Assembly: GCA_024679065.1 (NCBI GenBank)
Contig: JAGIQG010000043.1
Location: 2,170,001 to 2,234,000, forward strand
Direction: 5' to 3'
DNA: 64,000 nt
DNA from: Sphyrna mokarran
Taxonomy: Eukaryota
Each line of letters begins with the position of its first letter. The first letter of the stretch is position 1. Below the pieces are notes generated by a model. The model had not been told where the DNA came from and ran no database searches. It saw nothing but the letters and a program-made list of their open reading frames with translations. The position numbers were made by a program, and so were the translations under genes. This document shows positions 23,729 to 35,574 of this stretch, piece by piece.

Positions 23729-25915
23729 TTAAATCAGTTTTCTATATCCCTCCATTCCCATTCTGTTCATGTGCCCATCTAAGTATTTCTTAAATATTTC
23801 CAGAGTACCTGCCTCCACCACTTTACTTGGTAGCGCATTCCATACCCCCACCACCCTCTGTGTGAAAAAACTCCCTCTAGCATCCAAATTATACCTTACC
23901 CCCCTCACCCTAAGCCCGTGACCCCTCGTGCTATTTGAGTCCATCCTAGGAAAAAGCTTAGCCCTGTTTGTACACCTCTGTCAGATCTCCTTTAAGTCTA
24001 CGTCTTTCTAAGGAAAACTGTCCCAATTTGCCTAACCTCTCCTCGTAACTCAGACCTTCCATACCAGGCAGCATTCTGGTAAACATCCTCTGCAGTCTTT
24101 CCAGAGTCTCCACATCGTTCCAGTAGTCAGGCGACCAGAACTGGACGCAGTATTCCAAATGAGGTCTAACCAACATTCTATACAACTGCAACATTAAAGG
24201 CCAGCTCTTGTACTCTATACCTCTTCCTATAAAGGCTAACATACTATATGCTATCTTCACAACCTTCTCCACTTGCTCTGCCACTTTCAGAGACTTGTTC
24301 ACCTGCACCCCCAGGTCCCTCTGTGTTTCTATACTCTTAATAGGTCTACCCTTTATCATATACCTCCCCCCTACATTTTTTCTCCCGAAATGCATCACCT
24401 CACATTTATCAGGATTGAATTCCATCTGCCATCTGTCTGCCCAAGCTACCAGCCTATCTATGTCTGCTGCATCGCCTGACAATGCTCCTCACTATCCGCA
24501 AGTCCAGCCATCTTTGTATCGTCTGCAAACTTGCTGATCACTCCACTTACTCCCTCTTCCATTTCTATATATTACAAATAGAAGAGGTCCCAGTACCGAG
24601 CCCTGCAGCACACCACTAGTGACCGACCTCCAGCTAGAGAAACACCTTCCACTATTACTCTCTGTCTCTATTACCAAGCCAGTTGCTTATCCATCTAGCT
24701 ACCTGTCTTTGTATCCCATTTGCCTTGACCTTCTCGACTAACCTCCCATGAGGGACTTTGTCAAACGCCTTACTAAAATCCATATAGACAACATCAACGG
24801 CTCGCCCTTCATCCACCGTTTTCGTCACCTCCTCAAAAAATTCTACCAGATTTGTAAGGCACGACCTCCCCTTAACAAATCCATGCTGCATATCCCTAAT
24901 CAGATTACAACGCTCTAAGTGCCTATACATCCTATCTCTAAGAATCCCCTCCATCAGCTTCCCTACCACTGACATCAAACTCACCAGCCTATAATTTCCG
25001 GGGTTATCCCTACCACCCTTTTTATAAAACCGTACAACATTAGCTATTCTCCAGTCCTCTGGGACCTCCCCGTGTCCAAGGAAGAGACAAAGATTTGCGT
25101 CAGAGGCCCAGCAATTTCACCTCGCACCTCTCTAAGCAGCCTGGGATAAATGCCATCAGGCCCAGGAGATTTATCAGTTTTAATGCTACCTAGAAGCTCT
25201 AACACTTCCTCCCTCGGTATGGATACTTCCCTCAACTGGTCCACAGCTCCCTCAGAGACAGGAGCTGTCAACAAGCCCCTCTCCTTCGTGAATACTGACG
25301 CAAAGTATTCATTCAGGATCCCTGCCATTCCCTCGTGCTCTAAGTACAGTTCCCCTCCTCCGTCCCTAAGAGGTCCAATTTTTCCTCTAACCACCCTTTT
25401 ATTCCTAACATAGGAGTAAAAAGCCTTTGGGTTTTCCTTAATCCTATCCGCCAAAATCATTTCATGCCCCATTTTTGCCCTTCTAACTCTCTGTTTGAGC
25501 TCCCTCCTACTCTCTCTATATTCCTTCAACGCTGTCTCAGTTCCCATCTGCTTTGACCTATCATACGCTTCTCTTTTCTTCCTAACCAAGCCCGCAATAT
25601 CCCTAGTAATCCATGGCTCTCTAATCCTACCTTTCCCATCTTTCCTCTTGGCCGGCACGTACTTATCTTGCAACATTTTCAGTATTCCCTTGAAAGAGTC
25701 CCACATGCCTAGCGGGGACGTACCCTCAAACAATCGTTCCCAATCAGTTTCCCTAAGTTCCTGCCTAATTCTACGTAATTAGCCTTTCCCCAATTCAGCA
25801 CCCTGCCCCTAGGGCAACAAACATCCTTTTCCATCTGTATCCTAAAGTAGACAGAATTGTGGTCACTGTTAGCCACATGTTCCCCCACTACAACATCAAC
25901 CACCTGGCTGTTCGA
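23729..25915 (-). mobile_element. CR1 LINE ORF2 fragment (~2.2 kb: endonuclease end, linker, RT), frameshifted
   Basis: ORFs ...NSDHNSV..., KSPGPDGIYPRLLRE, QHGFVKGRSCLTNL...[39 protein letters not shown]. Confidence 0.92.
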
Positions 25916-26159
25916 CAGGACCAATGAATCCAAGTAGGCAGTTCTTCTGTATCTTGTCAGTCTCTGCCGTCCCATGTTGAAAGGGAAATGTTCCCAATTC
26001 CTCACAGTTCATTGCTTCAAAAAAAAAATGGAAACAGGTTTTCTGGCTCCCCTATTGGTGAGAGAATTTGCTCTGTCTGGGTATTACTGAAAAAAAAACT
26101 TCTTGCGGGTTAGGAGGGTCAAGCTAACTTCTTGTTGTTTTGAATAACAGCATCTCCTA

Positions 26160-26960
26160 ATGACGCGCACAAAGACACACATACAAATTCATACACTGAC
26201 TCATGCTCTCTCTCTCAGTGACACACACACACATACACACACACATACACATTCTCTCTGTCTATCTCACACACACACACCCACAGACACNNNNNNNNNN
26301 NNNNNNNNNNNNNNNNNNNNNNNNNNNNNNNNNNNNNNNNNNNNNNNNNNNNNNNNNNNNNNNNNNNNNNNNNNNNNNNNNNNNNNNNNNNNNNNNNNNN
26401 NNNNNNNNNNNNNNNNNNNNNNNNNNNNNNNNNNNNNNNNNNNNNNNNNNNNNNNNNNACAGAAAACATACTAATAAGATAATATTCGATTAGAGAGGCA
26501 TCAGTGTCCGCATAGACCTGGTGGGCCGGAGGGTCTGTTTCTATCCTGTAATATTCTTTGTTCTTTGTTCACACTCATGCACACAAATACACTGATATAC
26601 ACATGTTCACACACACACAGACACAAACCAGACACACACACACACACAGTTAAACATACATACACGCATACATACACACTCATGCACTTAAACACACTTT
26701 CAAACACACTCACATTCTGACGCACACAGAAACACACACACACACTCACATTTATACACACTCATGCCCACACTTACAGACACTCAGACAAAAACAGACA
26801 TATATACATTCGCGCATATACACACAGATAAATTCATGCACTTAGACACACACACACACTTACATATTAAGCTGATTCACTGACACAGACACAATTACTC
26901 ACAATTCCTCACATATAAACACACTCTCTCATACACTGACACACACTCGAATACTTACAC
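26160..26960. repeat. CA-rich low-complexity tract with N gap 26291-26458
   Basis: Seen directly. Confidence 0.85.
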
Positions 26961-28461
26961 TTAATGTTTGCGAAATGTCACATAGAATCCCTCAGTTTAT
27001 TAATTGAGGCATTTAGTCTTAAGACATTCAAGTTTGGATAAGCACATATGAAACATTACTTGCATATATTTTCCACATTCCCTTCACTTCCAAACACCAA
27101 ACTTCTGGAATGATATTAGCATTTTCGGAAAATTCCCGAACATGTCAGAGGAGAGCAATGCCAGTCAACGTAGAACGTTTGGGGAAGTCGATATTGAGTT
27201 GACATTGTTCTCCTGAGAACAGAGAAACTTGGGTGGAGATATGGAAGAGATGTGAAACACCATGGAAGCACTGTCTGAGGGAGTGAATCTTTAATCGTAA
27301 AATACCCAGCATAAGGATATCGAGCAGCTAATATTTTAATGTAAGTTTTAAGGATGAAATGGGCATTTAAATACTGTAGTTTCAAAATAAATGACTAATA
27401 AGCCTGCTAGTATTAAATTGTGTAACTCAAGGACTGATTGAGTCAGTAAGTTAGCTAAAACAAATTTAACCAGAATGATAGGGAGTGGGATAGCTTGATC
27501 TTGAGTTTGAACACAGCTTGGCACAACATCGAAGGGCCGAAGGGCCTGTACTATGCTGTTACTGTTCTATGGTCTACATAACTTAAACTTGGGATGATTA
27601 CCAAATCGGACATTAATTAAAGGGACAAATAATGTAATTTTGTCTTGGGTACAGAGACTCCAACCTGGATATTCTTCCTGATGATTGAGCCCTCCTCCAG
27701 CAGATTACTTAGATTTGACTTCCCCACAGAACGCGGAACATTGAAATTATTGTTATGTATTGCTAAACAGCAAGGAAGCCATTTTGTTTAAGGAGTGAAC
27801 CAACTTAGCAGTGTTATCAGACGGGAATATGGATTTCAGATAATGTTATTTCAGGTTTAACTACCAATGTCCTATTGAATGTCCAAAACTAGGGTACATC
27901 CTGTTAAGTTTTGGGGCACATTTAATCTTGCAGTTGCATATTCATGCAGCAGAAATCCCAAACCAGTTGCTCACATTCTGCCCTTAATACCATCTCCAAC
28001 GCAAACAAACACACCCTAAAAGTGTTTCTGTAAATTAGCTGAAGAGCCGCCGGAAACATATTTCTTCCAAATCCTTATAGAAACCGGAATTACACAGGTA
28101 ACATTTCGTATTGAAAACCTTCTTCTATATTTAGTTAACTCGGATATTGATACATTTTTAACTATTTCTTGCACAATTACAGTAGAAAATGCAGAATAGA
28201 ATTTTAAAACCCACTATGAGAAATTAGAAGCATAGAGAGGTGTAATTGCATTGCAGGCGATATTCCATCTTAGAATGGTGGAAATTAACAGAAAGTTCAT
28301 TTCCGCTTTGGTTGCCATCATAATATTGAGCCCCCCGTCCGTCCGAATTTGCACTGGCCGCACTTTCGGAATTCTCCTTGCAAAAATAAGAATGTTTCCA
28401 CGACACTATAAATCCCGGAAACACACGGTGAGTTCTCTCTGTCCCTCTCTTTTCTCTCGAG

Positions 28462-28506
28462 TTAAATTTTTGGATCCTCGTTAAAGGCCAGGCGAGCGTA
28501 AAGTGT
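28462..28506 (-). CDS. B exon 6, TLYARLAFNEDPKI*
   Basis: cttttcatccacag| acceptor, phase 0, TxYxxL motif positioned like the A tail motif. Confidence 0.68.
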   Translation of the reverse strand, partial: TLYARLAFNEDPKI

Positions 28507-31500
28507 CTGTGGATGAAAAGTGATCTGTTAGCGTGACACACACCATTATTATAGTGACAGGTGAGACCATTGAGTCCCCCCAATCCTCCGCCTCCCCCCC
28601 CCACTCCATTCAATCGGCTCATGGCTGCAAGGTAATTCAACTCACAGTCACCCACTAATATTGAATAATCCTTAATCCCTCCCCAATATAAATCTAACTG
28701 TCGCATCTCTGGAGTACCAATTGCCCAATGCTCTATATAGCGTTTTAGTGACCAGTATTCCGCCCCGCGTTCTGTGAAGATTTATTGTTGTCACATATGT
28801 GAGTATGCATTGAAATGTAATGATTCTTGCCCACTGTACAAACAAAGTGTATCGTGTGTGAAGAATGAAAGGAGAAGGTGCAGATTATAGTGTTACAGTG
28901 ATAGACAGGTTTGAAGAGAAAGTTCAACTTAACATGAGACAGGTCAATTCTATTGCCTGATGGCAGCAGGGAAGGAGCTATCCTTGCGTGACCTCAGAAT
29001 TGTATATCTTTTTTCCCGAAGGAAGAAGAGGGAGAAATAAAACGTATTCAGGCTGCGTGAGGTCCTTGATAATGGTGGCTGTTTATATAGAAACAGAAGA
29101 TTGCAGCAGGGAGAGGTCATTTGGCCCTTTGAGTCTGCTCCAGCATTCATTATGATCATGACTGATCGTCCAGCCCAATCGTCTAATCCTTCTTTCTCCC
29201 CATAAACTTCGCTCCCAAGTGCTGTATCCAGCCACCCATTGAATACATTCAATGTTTTGGCATCAACTGCTTCCTGTGATAATGAATTCCACAGGCTCAC
29301 CGAGTGAAGAAATGTCTCCTCACCTCCGTCCTAAATGGTCTATCCCAAAACCTCAAATAGTGACCCCTGATTCTGGACTCCCTTCACTATCGGGAACATC
29401 CTTCCTGTATCTACCCTGTTTAGCCTGTTAGAATTTTATAAGTCTCTGTGAAATCCCCCCTCATTCGTCTGAACTCCAGTGAAAACAATTTTAATCTGGT
29501 CAATCTCTCCTCATGCGTCAATCCCGCCATCCCTGGAGTGAGCCTGGTGAACCTTCGCTGCACTCCCTCCAGAGCCAGAATATCCTTCCAAAGTGAATGC
29601 ATTTGGTATGTCTCCTGTTCTGTCCAAGACTGCAAGAACTGGTCTTGTCCCATTATTCAAACCATCATCCCCTCCATTGACTCTATCTCCACGTCCTGTT
29701 GCCTCAGGGAAAAGCAGCCAACATAATCGAGCACCCCGACCCCACCCACGCATCCCGGACATTCTGTCTTCCACCTTCTCCCATTGGGAAAATGATACAA
29801 AAGTCTGAGGTCAGGTACCAACCGACTCAAGAACAGGTTCTTCCCTGCTGCTGTCAGACTTCTGAATGGACTCAACTCGCACTAAGTTGATCTTTCTCTA
29901 CACCCTAGGTATGACTGTAGCACTATATTCTCCACTCTCTCCTTTACTTCTCAATGAACGATATGCTTTCTCTGTGTAGTGCGCAAGAAACAATACTTTT
30001 CACTGTATCCCATACACGTGACAATAATAATCCAAATCTCAAATATTAAGCAAAACATACTTTCACTGTACTCCAATGCTGTGACAATTCCTGTACTCAA
30101 TGAACGGTATGCTTTGTCTGTATAGCGCGCAACAACAACGCTTTTCACTGAATCCCAAAACACTTGCCAATAATAAATCCAATGTATGTACTCTGTGAAT
30201 GGTATGCTATGGCTGTGAACTGTGCAAAAAACAATACTTTTCACTGTCTCCTAATGCATGTGCCAATAATAAATCATAAATAAATCATAAATCAATAATA
30301 AATCATAATAAATAATAAATAGAGTATGTACTCTATAAACGGTATGCTTTGTCTTTATAGCGCGTAAGAAACAATACTTTTCACTGTATCCCAATATATG
30401 TGACAATAACAAACCAAATCTATGTACTCTATGAATGGTATGCTTTGTCTGTATAGTAGACAAGAATCAATTCTTTTCACTGTATCCCAATATATGTGAC
30501 TATAATAAATCAAATCAAATCAAATGTGCCATGAATGAATTAAACAAAAAAAGCAAACTTGAAAGAAGTTATTCGGCCTCGAAGCTTTCTCTGCCCATGG
30601 AAGCTGCCAGGTTTGTTGACCTTTTCTAGAATTTTCTGTGTTCATTGTCAATTCCAAACCGCGGATAAATAATTAATGAAAAGTATCCGCGCGGTATGTA
30701 AAAAAAAATCCAAACATTCACCTCTTTATTCTGTTTGTGTTCTCTGAATTCTGTCAGTTCCTCATCAGTGTCCGCGGGTCCTGTTAGAAAGAGGGATTTA
30801 AACTGAAATTTAAAATGGACTAATTTCACACCGAATTCGCTCAGAATTATCAATAACTCGGTGATAGATGTGTGGATTGAGAACGCCGCGGAGTAACAGA
30901 TTCCCCCCAAAATCGCTACCTCTCTGCCGGTTCCTGCAGATCCTTCTTCCAGCCACAAGGACCAATCCCAGAAGAAGAAGGGCCGCGGCCGACAAACCCC
31001 CGGAAAACACGAATTGACAGATTGGCCAGAACGGAGAATCTGTAAAAAAGCATTAAACTTTCAGTCTACAGAAATCAAGTGTGGAAATAATTAAACAAGC
31101 AAGCATCTTGTTCAATTCAACTGCCCAATTTGACCGGAAAATGAGAAAAACAATTGCACACTTTCCTTTCATGTAATAGAGTCGCACTTTGACAACAGAA
31201 CGCAAGGCGAGGCAAAGAGAGATACTGACAGAGAGACTGAGTACTTTTTGAATAGGGCACACAGAGAGATGGAGCGAGTGAGTGGAACATTCAGGCAGAG
31301 AATAATCATATAATCCCATAGGGCAGAAGAAGACCATTTGGGCCATCAAGTCTGCATCACCCTATCCCCGTCACCTCGCGTATTTACTCTGCTCATCCTC
31401 CTGACTCTCAGCTCAATTTAGCATGGCCAATATACCTATCCCGCACACTTTGGGCACTAAGGAGCAATTTAGCATGACCAATCCACTTAACCCGCGTATC

Positions 31501-34500
31501 TTTGGACACTAAAGGACAATTTGTCACAGCTAATCTAACTAACCTACATATCTTCGATACTAAGGAGCAATTTACCATGGCTTATCCACCTAACTTACAC
31601 ATCCTTTGACATTAAGGGCAATTTACCATGGTTGATCCACCTAGCCTTCACATCCTTTGACACGAAGGAGCAATTTACTGCGGCTGGTCCACTTAACCCA
31701 ACACACCCGTTGACACTAAGGGGCATGTACCATGGCTGATCCACCTAACCGACACATCCTTTGGCACTAAGGGACAAATTAGCATTGCCAATCCACCTAA
31801 CTGGCACACCTTTGGACACAAAGGGGCAAATTAGCATGGCCAATCCACTTATCCCGCACATCTTTGGACACTAAGGGGCAATTTAGCAGGTCCAATCCAC
31901 TTAACCCGCATATCTTTGGACACAAAGGGGCAATTTAGCACGGCCAATCCACCTAACCTGCACATCTTTGGAATTTGTGGGAAAACAGGAGCACCCGCGG
32001 TAGAGCCGATGTAATTGAATGGGATTGAAGTACTGGGAGGCGAAGGGATGAATAAATGGTTCACTGCTGTGCTGAGATAGAGAGCAACACTGGGGATATA
32101 ATCACATATTTCAATTTTACACACTGACACATTGGTCCCTGACCTTGAGATGCGTCATGTTGTCTTAGCCAGATACAAGAAGGCGAAGAGGAGAAGAGTC
32201 CATTCGGCCTATCTCATCTATTCTGCCATCCAACATCACCATCCCTCACCATGTTTACAAATTTCATTTCTCCGCTCTTTCTCTTACTCATTAATCTATC
32301 CACTCTCACAAATGTGCTTCAGTGATTGAACATCCACGAAGAGAGGCAAAGAAGAAGAAGCGAAGAAGAGGCAAAATATCAGAAAATGAAACCGGGAGGA
32401 TTATGATAGAACAGTTCTGATTTAGACATTCATGGATGCCTGCAGAGACATTTGTAATTTACAAAGTTAGGCTGCTTTTAGTAAAGTGTCCCGTTATTAT
32501 TAAATGGAAAGAAAAATAGTCATTGTGAATAGTCACCTTTCTGAGATGAGAAACTGTCACTGAGAATACTGTCACTGGAGTTGACCCGAACGGCGCAGGT
32601 ACAGCGAGCTCCGCTTCTCCAAGTTTCCGCTGGAAGGCTGATGTAACTCCTGACGGTGTAGGTCCCGTCTGGCTCCAGTGTCCCCGAATCGGTCTGTCCC
32701 TCGGCATCCCGCCCCGAAACATTCCAGCGGACAGGAAAAGAATCGGGAGACACACCTCTGACCAGGCACATCAATGGGACCTTTTCCATGACGGGAATCT
32801 CATTCAGCGGCGGGGTGAGGAGGAATATGGAGGGAGAACCCGCTAAATTCGGCAAATGAAACGGAGAACAGTCATTAACTGGTGGACACTTTACTTGCTC
32901 TGAAATACCCACTGCAATAGAATATTAATGGAATTTACCTGCAATCATTAATTTGGAGCCATTTCCGAATATTCGGACCATGTTCTGATAATTTTGCGTT
33001 GCACAGTAATACAGCCCAGAGTCATTTATTCTGGAATCCGCAATGATTAGTGAATAAAGGCGCCCATTTTCAGAAATCTCGCTGGAAAATCTCCCCTCAG
33101 GTCGGCTATTCTCATACGCTGTGTAAACCAAATCCATATTGTTTCTTCGTTTCTGTCTGTACCAAAAGACAGTACTAGCAGCTTGACCCTGGATGTGGCA
33201 GCTGAGATTAACAAGACTCCTTGCAGGGAGTGTCTGAAGTGGCGGAGACTGGGACACGGTGACCTGAGACATTGTAACTGGGAAAGAGAAGGACAGAGAA
33301 CAACAATTACCTCAGGTTATGGAGCATTCCCTGAAGACAGTGGACAATGGCAGTAAACCTCAAACTACCCAGTGACACTTCCCACTACCTCGGGGAAAAG
33401 CAGCCAGCATAATGAAGGACCCCCTACAGACCCCGGACATCTTCCGTCTGGAAAAAGATACAAACATTTGATGTCACGTACCAACCAACACAAGGACAGC
33501 TTCTTCCCTGCTGCTGTCAGACTTTTGAATGGACCTACCTCACGCAAAGTTGATATTTCTCTACACCCTAATTATGACGGTAACACGACATTCTGAACTC
33601 TGTCCTTTCCTTCTCTATCTACGGCATGCTTTGTCTGTATCGTGCGCAACAAATAATACATTTCATTCTATAGTAATACAGGTGACAATAGTAAATCAAA
33701 TCAAATGAAACCACAAAAGTGCCTCATTCAGAAAAAAAATGGAACATAGAACATTACAGCGCAGAACAGGCCCTTCGGCCTTCGATGTTGCACCGACCAA
33801 TTACGAAAAAAGCAATGACCCTCCAAACTAAACCATTCCCTTTTCTTCCATAAAATTATCAACTAACCTCTTAAATGCCGCCAATCTTGGCGCATCTACA
33901 ACTGCTGCAGGCAGGGCATTCCACTCCCGAACCACCCTCTGGGTAAAGAACCTACCTCTGATATCCGTCCTATAACTATCACCCCTTAATTTAAAGCTGT
34001 GTCCCCTCGTGCTAGCTTTCTCCATCCTAGGAAAAAGGCCATCACTGTCCACCCTATCTAAACCTCTAATCATCTTATATGTTTCGATAAGGTCTCCTCT
34101 TAGCCGCCTCCTTTCGAACGAAAACAACCTCAAATCCCTCAGCCTCTCCTCATAAGACCTGCAAATATCTGTCTAATTATGGTGTTAGTTGTCTCATTTT
34201 CCTCTTCCCTTTCGAAAGGTGTAATATCAGTCCATTCACCAGTAAATCTGGTTTAAACACTGGTGAGGGGGCACATGGGAACTGGGTGATGTTAATCACA
34301 CAGAGAGCTTCAGTAAAATTACATTTCTCAATATTGCTTCCATCCCGTTTCTCTCCTTATAGAAAAGCGAATGACTGCGCATGCCTGAAACTGAACAAAA
34401 GAAAACAGAAAATGCTGGAAAATCTCAGTGGGATTAAGGGAATTGCGATCAGTGCCGACTCGATGGGCCAAGTGGCCTCCTCGAGCAGTGAACAAACTGA

Positions 34501-35574
34501 CTCTAGGATTCTCGTTCTAGAGCATCAGTGGAGAGAGAATGGACCCGACGTTTCGAGTCTGGATGCCGCTTGGTCAGCGCTCCATTTGCCTCTCTGCCGA
34601 TGCTCTCAGAATCCGAGAATCATAGAGTCCTACAGTGCGGAAAGTGGCCGTTCAGCCCATCGAGTCTTCTCTATTCCCGCCAACCCACATATTTACACTG
34701 CTAATCCTCTGCTACAAAGCGGCAATCGAGCGCGGCCATTCAAAGTAACCTGCGCATCTTTGGATATTGGGAGGAAAGATGAAAGCACGGATGAAACCCA
34801 CGCAGTCACGGAGAGAACGTGCAAACTCTGCAGACAGTGACCCAAGCCGGGAATTCAAACCTGGCGCTGTGACCACTGTGCCACTGAGATCTTTCAGCAC
34901 TTTCTATTTTTGCCTCGTTTCTTTTCCTCCGTTGACTTTGGGCGCCAAAGTCTGTTCAAGAATTTATAACTGACTCTGAAGTTTTACTTAAAAAGCTTTT
35001 TCTCCCACGTGGCCAATATTGTTAAGGGAGTCTATTCACAATGCATATCTCAGGAGAAATGAAAATCAGATTAATTCCATTCTAATCATTGTTATGAATC
35101 GACGTTGCATTGTCTCAGCAACATTTGATTCATTGTTAAACTTGCACGCTAAATCACAACTTACAGAACTGCTGAAGCCCGGGGAGGGGGACCGTTTAGC
35201 CCTACCAATTTGAGTTAAATCTGTAAAGGTTTCGCTCATATTATCGAATTTCCCCTTCAAATTTGTATCCAATTCCCCCATTTTGAAAGTTCCATTTCCC
35301 CCGTTTGAAAGTTCCTTGTTGGATCTACTTCCTTCGCCCTTTGAGGCAAAAGCCTTCAGATCACAGCAGCTCAGATGCGCTAAAAAAAATCCCCTAATTT
35401 CCCTCTCTGTTACTTTGACCAAATTCATATTCCCTTGGTTCCAGAAACTCTTGCTAACGGAAACAGTTTCTACCTCTTCGCTCAATCCATAACCTTCTCC
35501 GTTCTATCTGAATATAATGAGGATATCTCACCCTGGAAGAGATGGAACAATGCACAGATACCGAGGAAACCCAT
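28462..35574 (-). CDS. Gene B: intact ~303-aa non-rearranging VJ-C1-TM receptor with ITSM/ITIM-like tail (PRARP/VJC1-like)
   Basis: Exons 35574-35532, 33277-32939, 32842-32537, 31039-30920, 30780-30722, 28506-28462 join in frame (912 nt including stop), all introns GT-AG. Confidence 0.85.
29085..29590 (-). mobile_element. CR1 LINE 3' fragment (older subfamily) in B intron 5
   Basis: KDILALEGVQRRFTRL.PGMAGL..EERLTRLKLFSLEFRRMRGD. Confidence 0.8.
29600..30525 (+). mobile_element. Rex1-type LINE 3' end with tandemly reiterated tail
   Basis: accaaccgactcaagaacagg..., then five copies of tgaa(c/t)ggtatgcttt...tacttttcactgt...; a similar reversed array lies at ~36180-36470. Confidence 0.7.
30722..30780 (-). 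CDS. B exon 5, cytoplasmic (GPADTDEELTEFREHKQNKE)
   Basis: ttctaacag| acceptor, GAG|GTGAAT donor, 59 nt, phase 1 to 0, the same phase pattern as A exon 5. Confidence 0.72.
30920..31039 (-). CDS. B exon 4, Cys-stalk + TM (DSPFWPICQFVFSGGLSAAALLLLGLVLVAGRRICRNRQR)
   Basis: ttttttacag| acceptor, hydrophobic segment followed by basic stop-transfer residues, G|GTAGCG donor; 120 nt. Confidence 0.82.
31310..32000 (-). repeat. V-SINE with ~11 tandem 52-bp units
   Basis: Unit ctttggacactaaggggcaatttagcatggccaatccacctaacc.gcacat; period 52 (31862 to 31914). Confidence 0.85.
32537..32842 (-). CDS. B exon 3, C1-set Ig domain
   Basis: PSIFLLTPP...VPLMCLVRGVSP...VRW...DGTYTVRSYISLPAETWRSGARCTCAV; 306 nt, phase 1-1. 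Confidence 0.92.
32939..33277 (-). CDS. B exon 2, germline-joined VJ domain
   Basis: QVTVSQSP...VNLSC...VFWYRQ...GRFS...DSGLYYCATQNYQNMVRIFGNGSKLMIA; FGxG J motif in the same exon; no RSS seen. Confidence 0.95.
33740..34162 (-). mobile_element. Young CR1 3' fragment in B intron 1
   Basis: [27 protein letters not shown]...; (ttctatg) tail. Confidence 0.9.
34610..34885 (-). mobile_element. V-SINE
   Basis: ggagagaacgtgcaaactctgcagacagtgaccca...gggaattcaaacc central and head motifs. Confidence 0.65.
35532..35574 (-). CDS. B exon 1, signal peptide MGFLGICALFHLFQ
   Basis: ACAATGG start context, hydrophobic, phase-1 donor G|GTGAGA; joins to VTMS-QVTVSQSP. Confidence 0.72.

Noticed and set aside
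26996-27001. AATAAA (minus) as the gene B poly(A) signal
   Set aside because: Plausible (~1.46 kb after the stop), but closer ATTAAA variants exist and it cannot be resolved without 3'-end data.
30810-31010. ORF-track read-through of the B TM exon (...GSDFGGNLLLRGVLNPHIYHRV...)
   Set aside because: Sequence past 30920 is better explained as a 139-nt intron leading to a phase-compatible exon matching the A gene structure; intron retention is not excluded.
31410-31975. CRISPR-like regular repeats (also 21400-22800 and 29950-30520)
   Set aside because: Eukaryotic DNA; units are contiguous SINE or LINE-tail duplications or have microsatellite spacers, with no unique spacers or cas genes.
32537-33277. 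Calling gene B a TCR chain or a germline-joined Ig light chain
   Set aside because: It has its own uncharged TM and Tyr-motif tail, a 96-nt J-C intron and no separate V/J segments; neither TCR nor IgL fits, so no gene symbol was given.
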